The position numbers were made by a program, and so were the translations under genes. From NCBI RefSeq assembly GCF_009914755.1, contig NC_060925.1: a DNA stretch of 64,000 bases; one strand, written 5' to 3'. The DNA is from the human T2T-CHM13v2.0 reference genome, Homo sapiens. Shown one piece after another: positions 1 to 13,175 of the stretch (the first letter of the stretch is position 1; each line of letters begins with the position of its first letter). The notes below the pieces were generated by a model. It was not told the origin of the DNA. It was given only the letters and a program-made list of their open reading frames with translations, and searched no databases.

Positions 1-574
1 TTGTGCTCTACCATGATAACCTCAATAGCCATAAGCAATATCTTATTCTAATCTGCCCACTTCCTTCTGATACCCACTAAGAACTGAGCACCCAGAACTT
101 ACCACTGGAAGGTAAAGTGTCAATTCTCAAGATATAAACTTCTGAGACTTCTGCAACTAGAAAGGAGAAAGGTTTTCAAAATTACTTTCAATTTCCTGAA
201 GCATTAGGACACTTTCAATGTAGTTTTATATTTAGAATCATATGAATTATACAGAGAACCGTGGGCTGGTGGACAGCTTCCAAATACTAGAAATTATATT
301 TCCCTCCATTTTGATAATTAGTTCAAGGTCTTCACCACAAGTGACATCATGTCTCAGAAGCAAAAATAGGTCCCTATTAAGCCTATGTAATGTCTTGTCT
401 AGTAGATCTGATTTCCTCTTTATGCCCCCGTCTCCTCACCTTCCTAATTGGCCTCAAAGCTTTTTCTCACTGCTGTCTGGAGCCTTAGATATATTAAATA
501 TAGTCTGACTGTGTGGGGTTAGGGACTTGGCTATGCTGATTGCATGTGTCTAACTTAAAAACCAAGAGACCTAG

Positions 575-831
575 GGCATGATAACAGCTCATTGCAGCCT
601 CAATTCTCTCAGGCTCCAGTGATCCTCCTACTTCAGCTTCTCGAGTAGCTGGGACCACAGGTACACACCACCATGCCTGGCTAATTTTTTTTTTTTTAAG
701 TAGACACGGGGTTTCACCATGTTGGCCAGGCTGATCTCCTGTCAGCCTGGTGTCAAACTCCTGGGCTCAAGTGATCCTCCTGCCTTGGCCTCCCAAAGTG
801 CTGGGGTTATAGGCATGAGCCACTGCATTGG
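575..831 (-). mobile_element. Alu (old, AluJ-like), partial
   Basis: Reverse-complement Alu consensus with middle A-tract. Confidence 0.85.
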
Positions 832-1012
832 GTATGCATGGAACACATCACTTGCAGTTTAGGCACATCTCAATATGAGAATAACTTACATCCTCTGTTA
901 AACCCAGTTGGGGTGAGATAAACACAGCCTCCTTACTGCACATTCAGTACAATGTGCCAGTGTCTTATGTGCTTCCTGTATATAATCTCACTTAATACTG
1001 AAAAGAAGTCTT

Positions 1013-1309
1013 GGCCAGGCATGGTGGCTCACGCCTGTAATCCTAGCACTTTGTGAGGCCAAGGTGGGCGGATCATGAGGTCAGGAGTTCAAGACCAGCC
1101 TGGCCAACATGGTGAAACCCCGTCTCTAATAAAAATACAAAAATTAGCCAGGTGTGGTGGTGCACACCTGAAGTCCCAGCTACTCAGGAGGCTGAGGCAG
1201 GAGAATCACTGAACCGGGACCCGGGAGGCAGAGGTTGCAGTGAGCCGAGATCACGCGGCTGCACTCTGGGCTGCAGAGTGAGACTCCGTCTCAGAAAAAA
1301 AAAAAAAAA
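1013..1309 (+). mobile_element. AluS inserted in a MIR-like fragment
   Basis: Full dimer, poly(A), TSD AAAAGAAGTCTT; flanks (about 950-1400) resemble an antisense MIR. Confidence 0.93.
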
Positions 1310-2320
1310 GAAGTCTTTGAGCGTTTCCCATTTAACACATAAGGAGAGTGAGGTTGAGAGGATAAGAAACTTGCCAAAGGGCCAAGGTCGAATTGAAGTC
1401 CCCGGTTCTGCTGCTCCTGGGCTCCTACTTGGACAAGCCCTTAACACTTGATGGCGCCATGACAGAGGGATATTTGGGCACTAGTGGCCATCGTGGCCTA
1501 GAATTTATTACCTACTCTAGTTCCACACTAGAATTCAGAAAAGAAAGAAACTATTATGAGATTGAAATCTGTATCCCCTTTGGTCTAACATAAAAATGTT
1601 CTTTTTATCTTCTACTATATAGGGCAAAATTTTTAAAATGCACTTCACTTCCACATCCAAAAAAAAAAAATAATTAATTTCAGGGCTTTTTTCATGGTTA
1701 ATTGTATCTCTGCAGCAGCTGAGAGGAACATTAATAAAAATTATCTTTTGGGGTTTTGGGATTATTAAAATTGAGGATAAGGATGTTATGGAAGCTTTAG
1801 CTTCTAGATCCATCGCCCTTTTAACAAATATACTTGTTCCTTTAGATTTCACTCTTATTTACGAAATACGTAAATCTGAACCAAAGCAATATGCTGTTTT
1901 GGGGAAAATATATGAATGCAAATAAAAGAAAGCTGATTCTAGTCCCCACAATTCTACTAAGTAGCCATTTGATGCTACCAGCAATGCACCAAAATTGTAT
2001 CAGAGTGAAATCTGCCATCCCAAAACAAGGTGACTACTTGCTCTGAAATTCTAAGAGCCAATCAGTCATGCATCAATCGGTGCCAAAAATAATATAATGT
2101 CCAAACAAAACCTCCATTCTTTTAGCTAGGTGTCCATTTGATTAATGTGACTTATACGAATGAGGGATGGATCAACAAATCTAATCCTCTTAAGGTATTT
2201 GGGAACTCGAAATATTTCTAACTAATGGAAATTATGGGCAAGCCTGCCAAAGGGCAAGAACTCTTTTAGACCCATCTAGTGTTCTTTATTCAAATAGCTT
2301 AGGAATTTTTTTTTTTTAAC

Positions 2321-2540
2321 TGTGGTAGCTGATCTTCAAAGACAGCTCCCAATGAAGCATGCCTCTCAGTATTTGATAGTATTCTACCCATTTATAGACC
2401 TTCCCACATTGAATCTGGACTGGCTCTGTGACATGTTAACTAAAGGAATATAGCACCAAAAGTGACTCTGTGCCAGTCTTGGACCTATGCCATTAAGAAG
2501 TCCTGGTACCTTCTACTTCTGTGAGCCCTGAGCTGCCATT
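2321..2540 (+). mobile_element. MaLR LTR fragment (MLT1-like)
   Basis: tgtggtag start and ttgaatctggactggctctgtgac motif typical of MLT1. Confidence 0.55.
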
Positions 2541-3607
2541 GCTGCCACTGTCCCACACTAAATATATCAGAATTCAATACAGCCAACGCAGGCCCAAATG
2601 CACCATTTCTAATGCCATCCTTTGTCCTTACTGAAACAAGCATAAATCAGAGAAACACAAAAAGCCTGATTGTGGGCTAAGATGCCTTGATTGAAAGAAG
2701 CTTCTGTGTCATCAATATTTTGAATTGTCCCTTTGTCACCCTGGAGGGGCATCCCTACTGGCTGAGGTATGCCTTTCCTCAGTAAAATGGGCAGTTATCT
2801 GAAATGGGAGGTGGGATCTTTTACAGGTGAGTTCCCAGGGAAGACACTCTGGGTCAGAGTTCTCATGGAAGTTGATTTCTTCCTTGGAAGTGTTTGTGTA
2901 TCAAGGATATATGTACCTGTTTGTGGACAGCAGGCTCTGGTCTTCCTTTTGTCTTCCAGCACTCCTGGCTTCCTCTTCCTAGCACTCCAAGCTCTTCTGA
3001 TCTCTCCACTTCTAGGTACCTATTTGCTTTTCCCTCAACTGTCCATCAGCTGGCCCTGATAGTGTGCACTGCTAAGAAACTGAAGGTAAGACCCTTTTCA
3101 GGGAGATTTTCCCATCAAAAATGCAACAAGGAAATAAAGATGCAACCACTGATATTTTAAGGGAAGTATCCCAGTGCCAGGTTTTTTCAATGACACCACA
3201 CAGACAGCTGCTACAATCAAAGAATGGCTGAGTGTTCTCTTGCCTCGGTAAGTCAACAGTGAGAACTTTACCATCTCCATCTCTAGTGCTCCCACACCCA
3301 AAAGGCAAAAAGTATTCCAAAGTGGGGCACTAAAATCTTTCCAGGGGAGAACTCAGAAATGAGCTCTGTGATGTGCTCCTTGCTCACTAGTAGAAAACAT
3401 TGTTCCAGTTTCTTCCTTTGTACCTACTAGAGAGTGCTTTTCTGATCATGAAAGGGGCCCATCTCATTTCCAGCGGTTAGCCAACCCTCCTCCCACGTTC
3501 CATATGTCTGTCTGTTTCTATGTGATCTGAACTGTTGAGACTTGGTTTATGTTTCTCAAGCCTCTAGGAGTTAAGAACAAGGTTACCCAGATCCTGAGAG
3601 GTAAAAA

Positions 3608-3613
3608 TTTATT
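3608..3613 (-). terminator. Distal polyadenylation signal AATAAA
   Basis: tttatt on the plus strand; a U-rich stretch (ccttgttctt on minus) lies about 30 nt downstream. Confidence 0.65.
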
Positions 3614-4368
3614 GATTTCTATCATATCAGCATGTTATGATATGGTCACGCCTGCTCATACAGCTGACTTCTTAGAGCCAAAAGAGAATTTTTTTTCCTT
3701 TTAAAAATACATTTGTTCAGCAGGAAAAAACATTTTAAAAACAAGCATTTTCATATTAAGTGGAAATTAAAAACAATGGCTTTCCCCCCGCCAACTCATG
3801 AGGAATAGGGCTGGTCAGCAATAGATCTCTGAGTGCTTCCAATTTGTTTTCAGGCCTCTGTCCCCAGTCTGTTCCTTGTCTTCCACAGAAAGTAGTTCCA
3901 GGGGAAAAAGAAATTAGAATCTCACCAAAACAGCAGCCTAAATACAGATAGAAAAATAAGAGGTAGACACGACTGTAACGATTTAACTCATTTGGTAGAC
4001 TGTGCAAGATATTTTAATATTTAAATTTTTCAGTGGGATTTAAACAATTGTTTAAACATCAATAAAACAATTGATGTTTTAAATGCTAACATCTTAGAGA
4101 TGCCTATACCACAGTTTACTTAGCTTTGAGAAATGAAAAGTATAAAGACAACTTTAGAAATATGCAAGCTTCCCATGTATTTCAGTAAATGTTTTCTTTC
4201 TGTCACATTCTTCTAAATCAAAAGTTCGCTGTGTAGGACTGACATTAATGCTTTTCCTACCCTTTAAAGCCCTGGCCAGGGTCAGTGATAGGAATTTCCT
4301 GAGTTCAGCAAGTAGATTAACTATGAGAAGTTTATTCAACACTAATAGTTAAGAAAAAAAGGATGGGG

Positions 4369-4916
4369 CAGTGGTGTGCTGGATACAGCCCCTACTGATT
4401 CCCAAGACCCAGTGGTCACATTTTAGAATTTTGCCTGCAGTTGTTAAGCATTGGTTATGAAAATTGAATCATATAAATTTACAATTAATGTTAAAGCTAA
4501 AAGTGGTTTCGGCTTAATGAGTCTAATATGTACCATGGTAAGAAACAGTTTTAACAGTAGATCACGTATCAGATTGAATGATAATAAATTTATTGGGAAA
4601 TGAGTTAGATTTGGACAGTCTGCCATTTTTCAAATCACAGTTGAAAGACAATCAATCATAGGTTGACTGTAGGAGTTGAGCAAAAAGCAATTAAGTATCC
4701 TTTTAAAAAAGCATTTTAGTTCTTTCCTGAGCAACTAAGTATACTGTGAGAATCAACTGGCTATATGGGATTTACAATAAAGTATTTGTATCTTATTATT
4801 TGTTAATTGTGTTATATGTTCTTGCTATCAGCAAAATTTATAACAAACATGTATAGTTGAATACATAATTTTCTCCCAGAAGAGTGAACTGCTAAACATT
4901 TACCAGCATACCACTG
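4369..4916. mobile_element. MER63-like hAT DNA transposon inside the 3'UTR
   Basis: Terminal inverted repeats CAGTGGTGTGCTGG ... CCAGCATACCACTG. Confidence 0.75.
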
Positions 4917-7900
4917 GATTGGGAGAATGGGGAGAAAGGGGGAAATATTTTTAAACCAAAGAAGGAAGTCTGATGTTTTTTCATTTGGTTTTTCAGTTTG
5001 CCTTCAGCATCCAACTGCCACAGTGTGCTTTAAGTACTTGCCTGCAGATATTAATGCCCAAATAGCTCTGGTAAAACACACATGCCCCATCCCCACTGCT
5101 AAGAATTAAAAGCACTTTAATTGAAAAAAATCAACTTTATTTTTTCTAGGTTTAAAAAAAATAGAACCAGCTATTAATTTTTGTTGAGAAAATGCTTCTT
5201 TTGGTGTTCACATCTAAATTTCTGAAAAGGTGATCTGGTTACCAAAATCATCCCAAATGCATTCATAAACCAGATCCACGTGTGACCAGCCCTTTACAAA
5301 AATTAATTACAGTTGCCACAGCCTTTACATTCATTCTTATCACACGTTACAACATGCAGATAACACAAAGAAAGGTCAACAAGCTGAAGTAAACATTACA
5401 GCATCAGGAAAATGAAAACCCATCTGTATAAAATAAATACAATTTTATAATAACTGTAAAGAAAATGAAAGCACTTAATAAAAATAATGGCAGTTGAAAG
5501 TATAACTGTCTCATCACCCGATCATAAAATAAGTTACTGTAAAATGCATAGACTCCTTACACGTAAAGAATTTGTGCATCACAGTCATGTGTTCAACAGT
5601 TTTACACAATAAAAATAAAGCCATTCAAGATATGTGTGCATACTTTGCAACTAGAATACACTTAAAAAACGTTTGCTCTTTAAACTGTCTTAAAAAAATA
5701 TTAAATGTAAAAACCCTCAGATGGAAATTTTGCAGAAAAACCCATATTTTATCTTCCATGTGGCTACAGTCACCCTTCCCCAACAGTTCAGCACCCTCAG
5801 CTTATTCCCAGGGTCCAGTTCCTAATTGTTGGGGATTGGCGCAAAATGATTACAATAAAGCACCAACCAATGACTGCTCCAGAGAATGCCCAGCCCCTCT
5901 GTGATCTGGAAATCTCTAACTTAGATGGTTTTGGTCCCAAACATATTAGTCTCTACCCTTCCTGCTATCCACTGCTGCTTTTGACTTTGTCCTTCATATT
6001 AACAGATATAAGGCTCATAGCACTGCAGAGCAAAAAAACATAACAAACCATTTTTATCCATCCTCTGTGGACCAGAGCTGAACACACTCATAATGGTAAC
6101 TCTGGAGTGAAGTCCTGTGTAATGACTTCAAAAAAAGAACAAAGAAAACAATTAACTCTTCCTACTCAGTAGTGCAAATAAAACATTTTCTTTTCAAATA
6201 TAAAAATAATCCAAGAAGACTATCCATGATTAAAGGCTACTCTCTATGATTAACCAGGTCCAACTAGTTCAGAAGAGTCTTTAAGGAAGTGATTGTCAAA
6301 AAACACTCAGACAAATCCACAAGAAGTGGGCAACATGAGCAAAGAATGAAGACGCTTCTTAACATGAATCCAAGACAGCAACACTAGAATAATGTTCCCA
6401 GGTTTACATTTGGTGATTTCAGATTTCATTTTCATAAAAAGGCTTGAGAACAATGCCAATACTGCCAATTTTTGATTATTCAGGGATGCTTTTCTAACCC
6501 ATAGATTATTCAGGCTTCTGTATTTCCTCTTCCTGATAGCTGTCTTTCCGCATCATTTCACTACTCATTAACACAGTCATAAATATATAGGCAAAAAACC
6601 CCTAAGAAACAACTTAAATCATTTAATTAGTAAGCGTCCCTAGAAAAAAAATGTCTGATGAGAGTAAGAATTCAAACTCCTAAATAAAAGTAATTTTTGA
6701 TTTACCTATCATTTATTACCAGATTATCTACCCAGAAAGTAATCAATCTAGTAATCCTTCCTTTATAGTGGAAAGTTAAGGATTGGTTGTAATATTAAAG
6801 ACCAATAAGATAGATCTGAACTCATAGCTATCTTCTTTTTTAATATACTTTTGGAATTCTCAGTGAATTTGTTTGCTTGCCCAAAATATTATTTTCCATT
6901 CTGTAATTTTTCTTTACCTTCCATTACTTACAGGTTTCTCTGCAATTTAAGTACAGTTCACCACCAATAATTGTTTCTGAAGTTAAGGGTGACCTGCTGG
7001 CTTGGTCACTTTTGCAGTGACTGGACCTGCCTGTGGCCAAGCACATGTTCCATCACTGTAACTCATCAATACCAAGATTCCAGCAATGGATTCTCAACCT
7101 TGTCTGCTGTGGGAATCTAGGCAGTCTAGCCAAGACCAAGAAGAGCTGAGCTTCTACAAGCTATTGATATAAAACTGGCATAGTTTTATCTTCTTTCCTC
7201 TTGACAAAATATATATACTTTAAACGTCCTTTCATCTCCCTTCACAAAGTACAAATTAGGAACTTTTCTTCAGTTTTGTACAGTGGCATATTGCTGCTTC
7301 CCCAGATTGCCATATAAGAATACTGATTCTCTCTTTACCTTCTCTAGTGCAAGCAGGAGAACTCCAGTTACTGATAAGGAAAGCACTACCAATGCTTTCA
7401 AACATATTTTGCAAACAAAAGAGAGAGAACATGTTAAAGAATCAAAGAAGGATAGGGCAGATCAAATACACATCTATTTACAACTCACGGAGATATTTAA
7501 AAAAATTAACTCACATATCTATTGGCATTTGTCACCCTGGAGACTGTGAAAATGACACCGTACTTGAAAAGTAAAGCATCTTATAGAATAGTTTAATGTG
7601 TACAGTATATTTAACAATATCATGTTCCTTTGGAGCACAGTGATGGCAAAAGTGGCCCTCAGCCACATTTATGTATGCATGTTCGCATTTATTTTTGGAT
7701 AGGAGAACTGGTCACTCTACCCTGTGGCTTGCTGTAGCAATGAGGAAAAGGTCTATCAGCTAGGACCGTGCATGCTGTATTTGACAGTGAGCAACTTCTC
7801 CCCCAGATGGTTGACTAATCCCTCAAGTGAACAATTTCATTTCATCCAGTAATTTAGTGGTGCTTGCTGGGCCTCAAACAGAAGCATCATTAAGCTTCTA

Positions 7901-8538
7901 TTGGGCTTTCTGTCATCATCCATACCTCTAAATTGAGATTGGTTTCATTTATTCACCGACACTGTAGAACACATAATGAAATGCTTAGATTTAAAAAAAA
8001 ATTGCATTTTATAACAACCAGTACCCAAACCAAACACATTAACACTGTCTTCTGCATTTTACCAGTAGTAGTATAATATTCAATGAGGTATTTCAGTTAA
8101 TGCATCATTCTCTTTCACATATGCACTGAGTTATCGTAAAGATGAAGCTGCTGTGGGCTTTTATTTGGTGTTGCTTTACCTTTCCCACATAACTGGGGAA
8201 AATTCACATCTTTTCTGTTTTTTTTTGGTTTATTTAAAAATAGAAAACAGCAACCTTTTTTTGTTTTATAGCCTACTTCTCAAAATTGTTGTGTGATTAG
8301 TGACAACGGGGGAATCTACAATGCTCACATCACAGTAAACTACCACTGACTTACTAGGATCTTAATAGTCTTACAATCCCAAACAAAAACCCTACTCATC
8401 TCACTGATGCAGTACCAGCACTTTTGGAGAAGGGTGTGGTTCTCTTATGAGGTAAATTGTACAAACATCGCAACAAATTTCTAAAAAATGTTTTCTAGAA
8501 ATAGAAACTTGACTTTACCCTCTTCAAAAGCAACTGGA

Positions 8539-8886
<348 letters not shown>

Positions 8887-9386
8887 CTAATTACACTCAC
8901 CCTGACAGGGGCAGCTCCTTGATGTAATGATTCAACAGACTACTGTCTGCACAGGTCCTAGGGGTGCCACATGAGAACCTGTCACCATTATAAGCCACTA
9001 GCTCTTATTTTTCTATAAACTAGCCTATTTCCCCTTAAACTGATCATTTAAATGTTCTATAGTAATTTGTTTTAACCATCCCCAAATGCATTTAGTGCCA
9101 ATGTCAAAATGGAAAAAATAAAGCCTCTGAGCTGCAATAGAGGCATCACGTCAGGGTGGTGTCCAGGGCAGGATGGCGCTGGAGAGCACTGGCAGGCAAA
9201 TAAACACACAGAGACAAGACAGTTCTCGAGAACCTCACACACTGCTATGCTCCCATTTGTTTTCAGGCTATATTACTAATCCTTTGCTATATCTGCATCT
9301 CAAAAAAGTGCATTTTGCAAAATTATCAATTTATGATATGCCTCTGATACAAAATGAGAAGTCAGATAAGGAAAAGCACGAGTGTA

Positions 9387-9394
9387 TGTAAACA
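9387..9394 (-). promoter_or_regulatory. miR-30 family 8mer site (TGTTTACA)
   Basis: tgtaaaca on plus; a second, 7mer-m8 site lies at 5389-5395. LPGAT1 is a reported miR-30c target. Confidence 0.6.
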
Positions 9395-9492
9395 CAATGT
9401 TGGACTGAGCTAGCCTTTGTAAAGAACACATCCAGTACCAGAAGGGGTCCAGTGGACACTGCTTTTCCCCCACAGAGAATGTCAATATTCTA

Positions 9493-9554
9493 GAGTTTGT
9501 TACTGCAACAGACTGGAGTTTGTTACTGCAACAGACTGGAGTTTGTTACTGCAA
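9493..9554. repeat. 23-bp tandem repeat, 2.7 copies
   Basis: GAGTTTGTTACTGCAACAGACTG starting at 9493 and 9516, partial copy at 9539; no mismatches. Confidence 0.95.
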
Positions 9555-10034
9555 ACGACAGGGAAAGAGTTCTTCACGAGGTGCCAACCAGCTCCCCTCA
9601 AGTTTACTGAGTTGGTGGAAATGTGGGCGTTCTAGAGAACTGCCCTAATATAGACTACAGCTAAGAGGGATGAATATAACTTTCTGAGCTTCAACTAAAT
9701 TGTCAAGTATAACTGGTGGCAACAGAATTTCTCTCAGATAGTCTTCTAGGATGATTTTATGATTTCCTCTTCTCCAAATGTGATGTTTGCTTAAATATGT
9801 GATAGAGTGTATCTTTTTAAAACATGTTCTTAAAATATATTAGCAGGTCATTATATTACTAATCCTCATTTTAGTAGATTTTAAAATATCCCAAAGGGGG
9901 ATAAATATTAATCCATCCATTGAATTTCTTTTGCTTTTTTTTAAATATATTCTGATTTGCACATGTAAAATAATGCACACTTATGAAAGAAAGTCTGAAC
10001 TCCTACGGTGACCTTGACAAGTCCACGTCAATTC

Positions 10035-10186
10035 CTAAAACAGGCAATGGTAAAAATACTGAATGATGTTGTACCACATATAGCCTGACAAAAATGCAAA
10101 AGACTGTATGAGAAATATCCACAAGTTGCTGAGGGTCATCTCCCTGGAAACAGCTTCCTTATGGCCCTTGGAAGGTGGAAAAGCTC
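10035..10186 (-). CDS. LPGAT1: LPGAT1 last exon, coding part (152 nt including TAG)
   Basis: gtcttttag|GA. Translates (G)AFPPSKGHKEAVSREMTLSNLWIFLIQSFAFLSGYMWYNIIQYFYHCLF*; stop TAG at 10037-10035; hydrophobic C-terminal segment. Confidence 0.97.
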
Positions 10187-10359
10187 CTAAAAGACAAGAT
10201 AGAAATATTAGTTTGTTTTACTGTAATGGTAGGTCTCCTGGAATAAAAGTTGAATATTAGCTTAACTACATTTGTACATGTTAAAGCACCTTCAGTGACT
10301 TTCCAGTGCCCCAGAGGAGAGATTTTATTTGAAATACAATTTCTGTACTACCTAGCCCC

Positions 10360-10650
10360 TTCTTGCCTCTGAGCCTTTGCCTTTTCTCTGCCTGCAATGC
10401 TGTCCTCCTCCACTTAATGAATAGCTGGCTCATGTGCATCCTTTCCATATCAGAAAAGATATTCCCCCTCCCATCTCTGTTTATCTCCTTCCTGGAACTT
10501 TTTCCAATTGGTCATGATCCCAATTATCTTTCTTTCTGCAGACTTGTTTGCCATGTCTCCCACTGGAATATAATCTGCATGAGAGCAGGCACTCTAGCTG
10601 CCTTGTCTCTGCTGGATCCCTAGAGATTCCCACAGTGATCAGGACCCAGG
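10360..10650 (+). mobile_element. L2 3' fragment
   Basis: gagcctttgc...gcctgcaatgc and cactggaatataatctgcatgagagcaggc motifs. Confidence 0.55.
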
Positions 10651-11096
10651 ATTATGTGAGATTGACATGAAATAATTTCTGAAATAGCACACTTTATGCT
10701 GATTCCTCTATTTACAAATTTTTTGTCAAAAAAGTAGTTGTATAACACTGACATTATTTTTAAAAGGCAATATGCTTTATGAAATGTATCTTAATAATAA
10801 AAGAAATACAAAGTAAACAGATGTCTTTAAATTCGTTTCTGGAAAGGAATGCTAGATAACTTCATACAGCAATATTACCTAAGGTCATCTTGATAACACT
10901 CATCAGCATTTCAAGCAGTCTTTGTCCTTGCTGATAATCCCCAGGGTAAGCTGATTCATGAGGGGATTTGCTTCTCACAGGCAATTTACAGAGTGCATTT
11001 TCAAGTTTCAAGATCTAATATGCAAACAGCTTTCTTTAAAAGAGGCTTTCATTACTGTTGCTATAATTTAGCAACTATTTAAAGGTTACTGTGTAC

Positions 11097-11203
11097 CTGT
11101 TTCATAAAAATGTGATAAGAGGTCTTCTTTTTCAACAAACCGCTGATAGAGCCAAGTGGTAAGGTCATCAGTCTCCAGGGGTACATCTTTAATTGGAAAG
11201 ATC
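11097..11203 (-). CDS. LPGAT1: LPGAT1 coding exon 7 (107 nt)
   Basis: ttaatag|G ... CAG|gtacac. Translates (R)IFPIKDVPLETDDLTTWLYQRFVEKEDLLSHFYET(G), typical of the acyltransferase C-terminal region (WLxxRFxEK). Confidence 0.97.
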
Positions 11204-12407
11204 CTATTAAGGGTTAGAAGAAAAGAACAAAAACTATTTAGTTCAGAAGTCAAAATCATTCAGAACCACAACTTATGATGAAAAGCTGAATAAAATTGTG
11301 TTGTCATCTTTTGCTTTAACAAGGGTTGGTTTCTTCAGCTTTTCAGGTATCTTGGTTATTAAAAATTGTTGATTACACAAGAGAGTTAATTTATGCATTA
11401 ATTCAAACATTTACTAGTCTACTATGTTTAGGTCCAGTGTTAGATGCTGAAAACATACTATTAAATTACCTTATATCTATGAATAACTACAGAGAATAAT
11501 TATGTCTTCCCATGTTTGTGGGTTTAAGTAGAAATGGTATTTAGAACAGATGAAGTTTTAAAATGCAGTTAAATCAGGATGTTCAGTCATTTAGTTAAAT
11601 GTCAGGCAATATTCTTTTGGTGGGAAAGTCTGAGAAGCACAGAGACTCTGCCCAAATCGGTAATATCAGTAGTATCAGAGATACTGCTTTCATGAATAGG
11701 GGTAACTTTTACCGGTTGGGAGTGGCTACCAGAACACTATTCTCAAGATCTGAGACCATGTCCTGACTCACCAGGAAACACGATTGTGATTAGTGATACC
11801 CATGGACTGAGAGGGGACAGGCAGCATGAGGACTACATATTTGCTGACCTTGAAAAATAGTTTTATTTTTTGTTTTCTAATTTAGTGGGGGATTTTTTGT
11901 CCCCTTTATCAAAGGTATAAAGGCACATGGTTTAAAAAGTCAGCAAAAAATATATTTGTATGAAAAATGGGAGTCCTGTCCCTCTTCCCTTCATTTCTGC
12001 CCTCCCCAGAATTGATTATCACCTCTTTTAGCTGATTATCTTGGTATTTATCACCATGTTTCTTCTGTTTTAGGCCTTCTCTACTGACTTCCCAGTATGG
12101 AAGATGAGGATGAAGTTCTTTCCTCTTCCTATTCCCATAACATATGCACATTCTTCCCATCTTCCCAATACAATTGTAGAGTAATTTCAGTTAGCTCAAT
12201 ATTAGGCATTTATATTAATACAATCATGTAAATATATTCATTGCTAAGCCACAGAGTAAATCGTGGCTACTTTTCCTTTCTTTACCAATTTTTATTTTCC
12301 CTGGATTGAGAAATTATGTATCATTTTTCATTTGCTTAATTTTCCATGTACATGTAACAAATTCAACCACAAACTCTCAGGCAATTGTCTATAATCAATG
12401 CTCTAAA

Positions 12408-13175
12408 TCAGGTCTGTAAGCTTTTTTTTAAAGGGCCAGACAGAAAATATTCTACGCTTTGCAGGTATAAAAATAAATAAAATTTAAAAGCTATTGGAAT
12501 CCCCAAAACACTTTAAATCTTGAGAGAGATGTGACCTTGATCTGAGTCACGAAGCATGTAGTTGCAACTTCTGCTTCTTATAGATTAATTCTCCTCCTCA
12601 TTGTTCTTGTTCTGTAAATGACTAGGAGACACCAGAGACCAGACCTCCTGCCCTTCTAATCTCTGACCTTTGTTAGAGATTAACTACCTCCTTTATTGTC
12701 CTGTACCTAACTCAGACCAGATGGTACAAAAGACCCCACGACAGTTACACCTTCAGTGGGGAATGCTAAATATACCTTTCTGGAAAGAAAAAGACCACCT
12801 TGCCCAATCAGATCACTGTAACTATGCATTAAACCTTATGTAGAAAGGTGTTGAAATTTTGTTAAGCTTCCCTAAACCTTTTCTATATAAACAACCCCAA
12901 ACTTCTACACTTTGGAATACTGACTTCCAATTTTTGGAATCTGTGCTTCCTGGGTGGCTGTCCTCAAGCTTTGTGCCTAATAACCTTTACATTTGACATA
13001 TTTCTTGAATCTTGTTATTTAAAGTTGACACAGGCTATACTATCCTGTCACAACTACTCAATTCTATCTTTGTAGTATGAAAGCAGCCAGAGACAATGTA
13101 TAAATAATACACAGTAGCTGTGTTCAAATAAAATTTTATTTAAAAAACAGGCAGTGGGCAGGCAGACCTGTGGTC
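12408..13175 (+). mobile_element. MER58A-like hAT element split by an LTR
   Basis: aagggccagacagaaaatatt...gcagg resumes after 13034 with caactactcaattct...aataaaattttatt...caggcagtgggc. Confidence 0.7.
12466..13030 (+). mobile_element. ERV1-class solo LTR (subfamily uncertain)
   Basis: TA(TG)...CA ends, 4-bp TSD CAGG, CCAAT at about 12804 and TATA box at about 12884. Confidence 0.8.

Noticed and set aside
9493-9554. CRISPR-like repeat array
   Set aside because: Units are directly adjacent and identical with no unique spacers; eukaryotic context.
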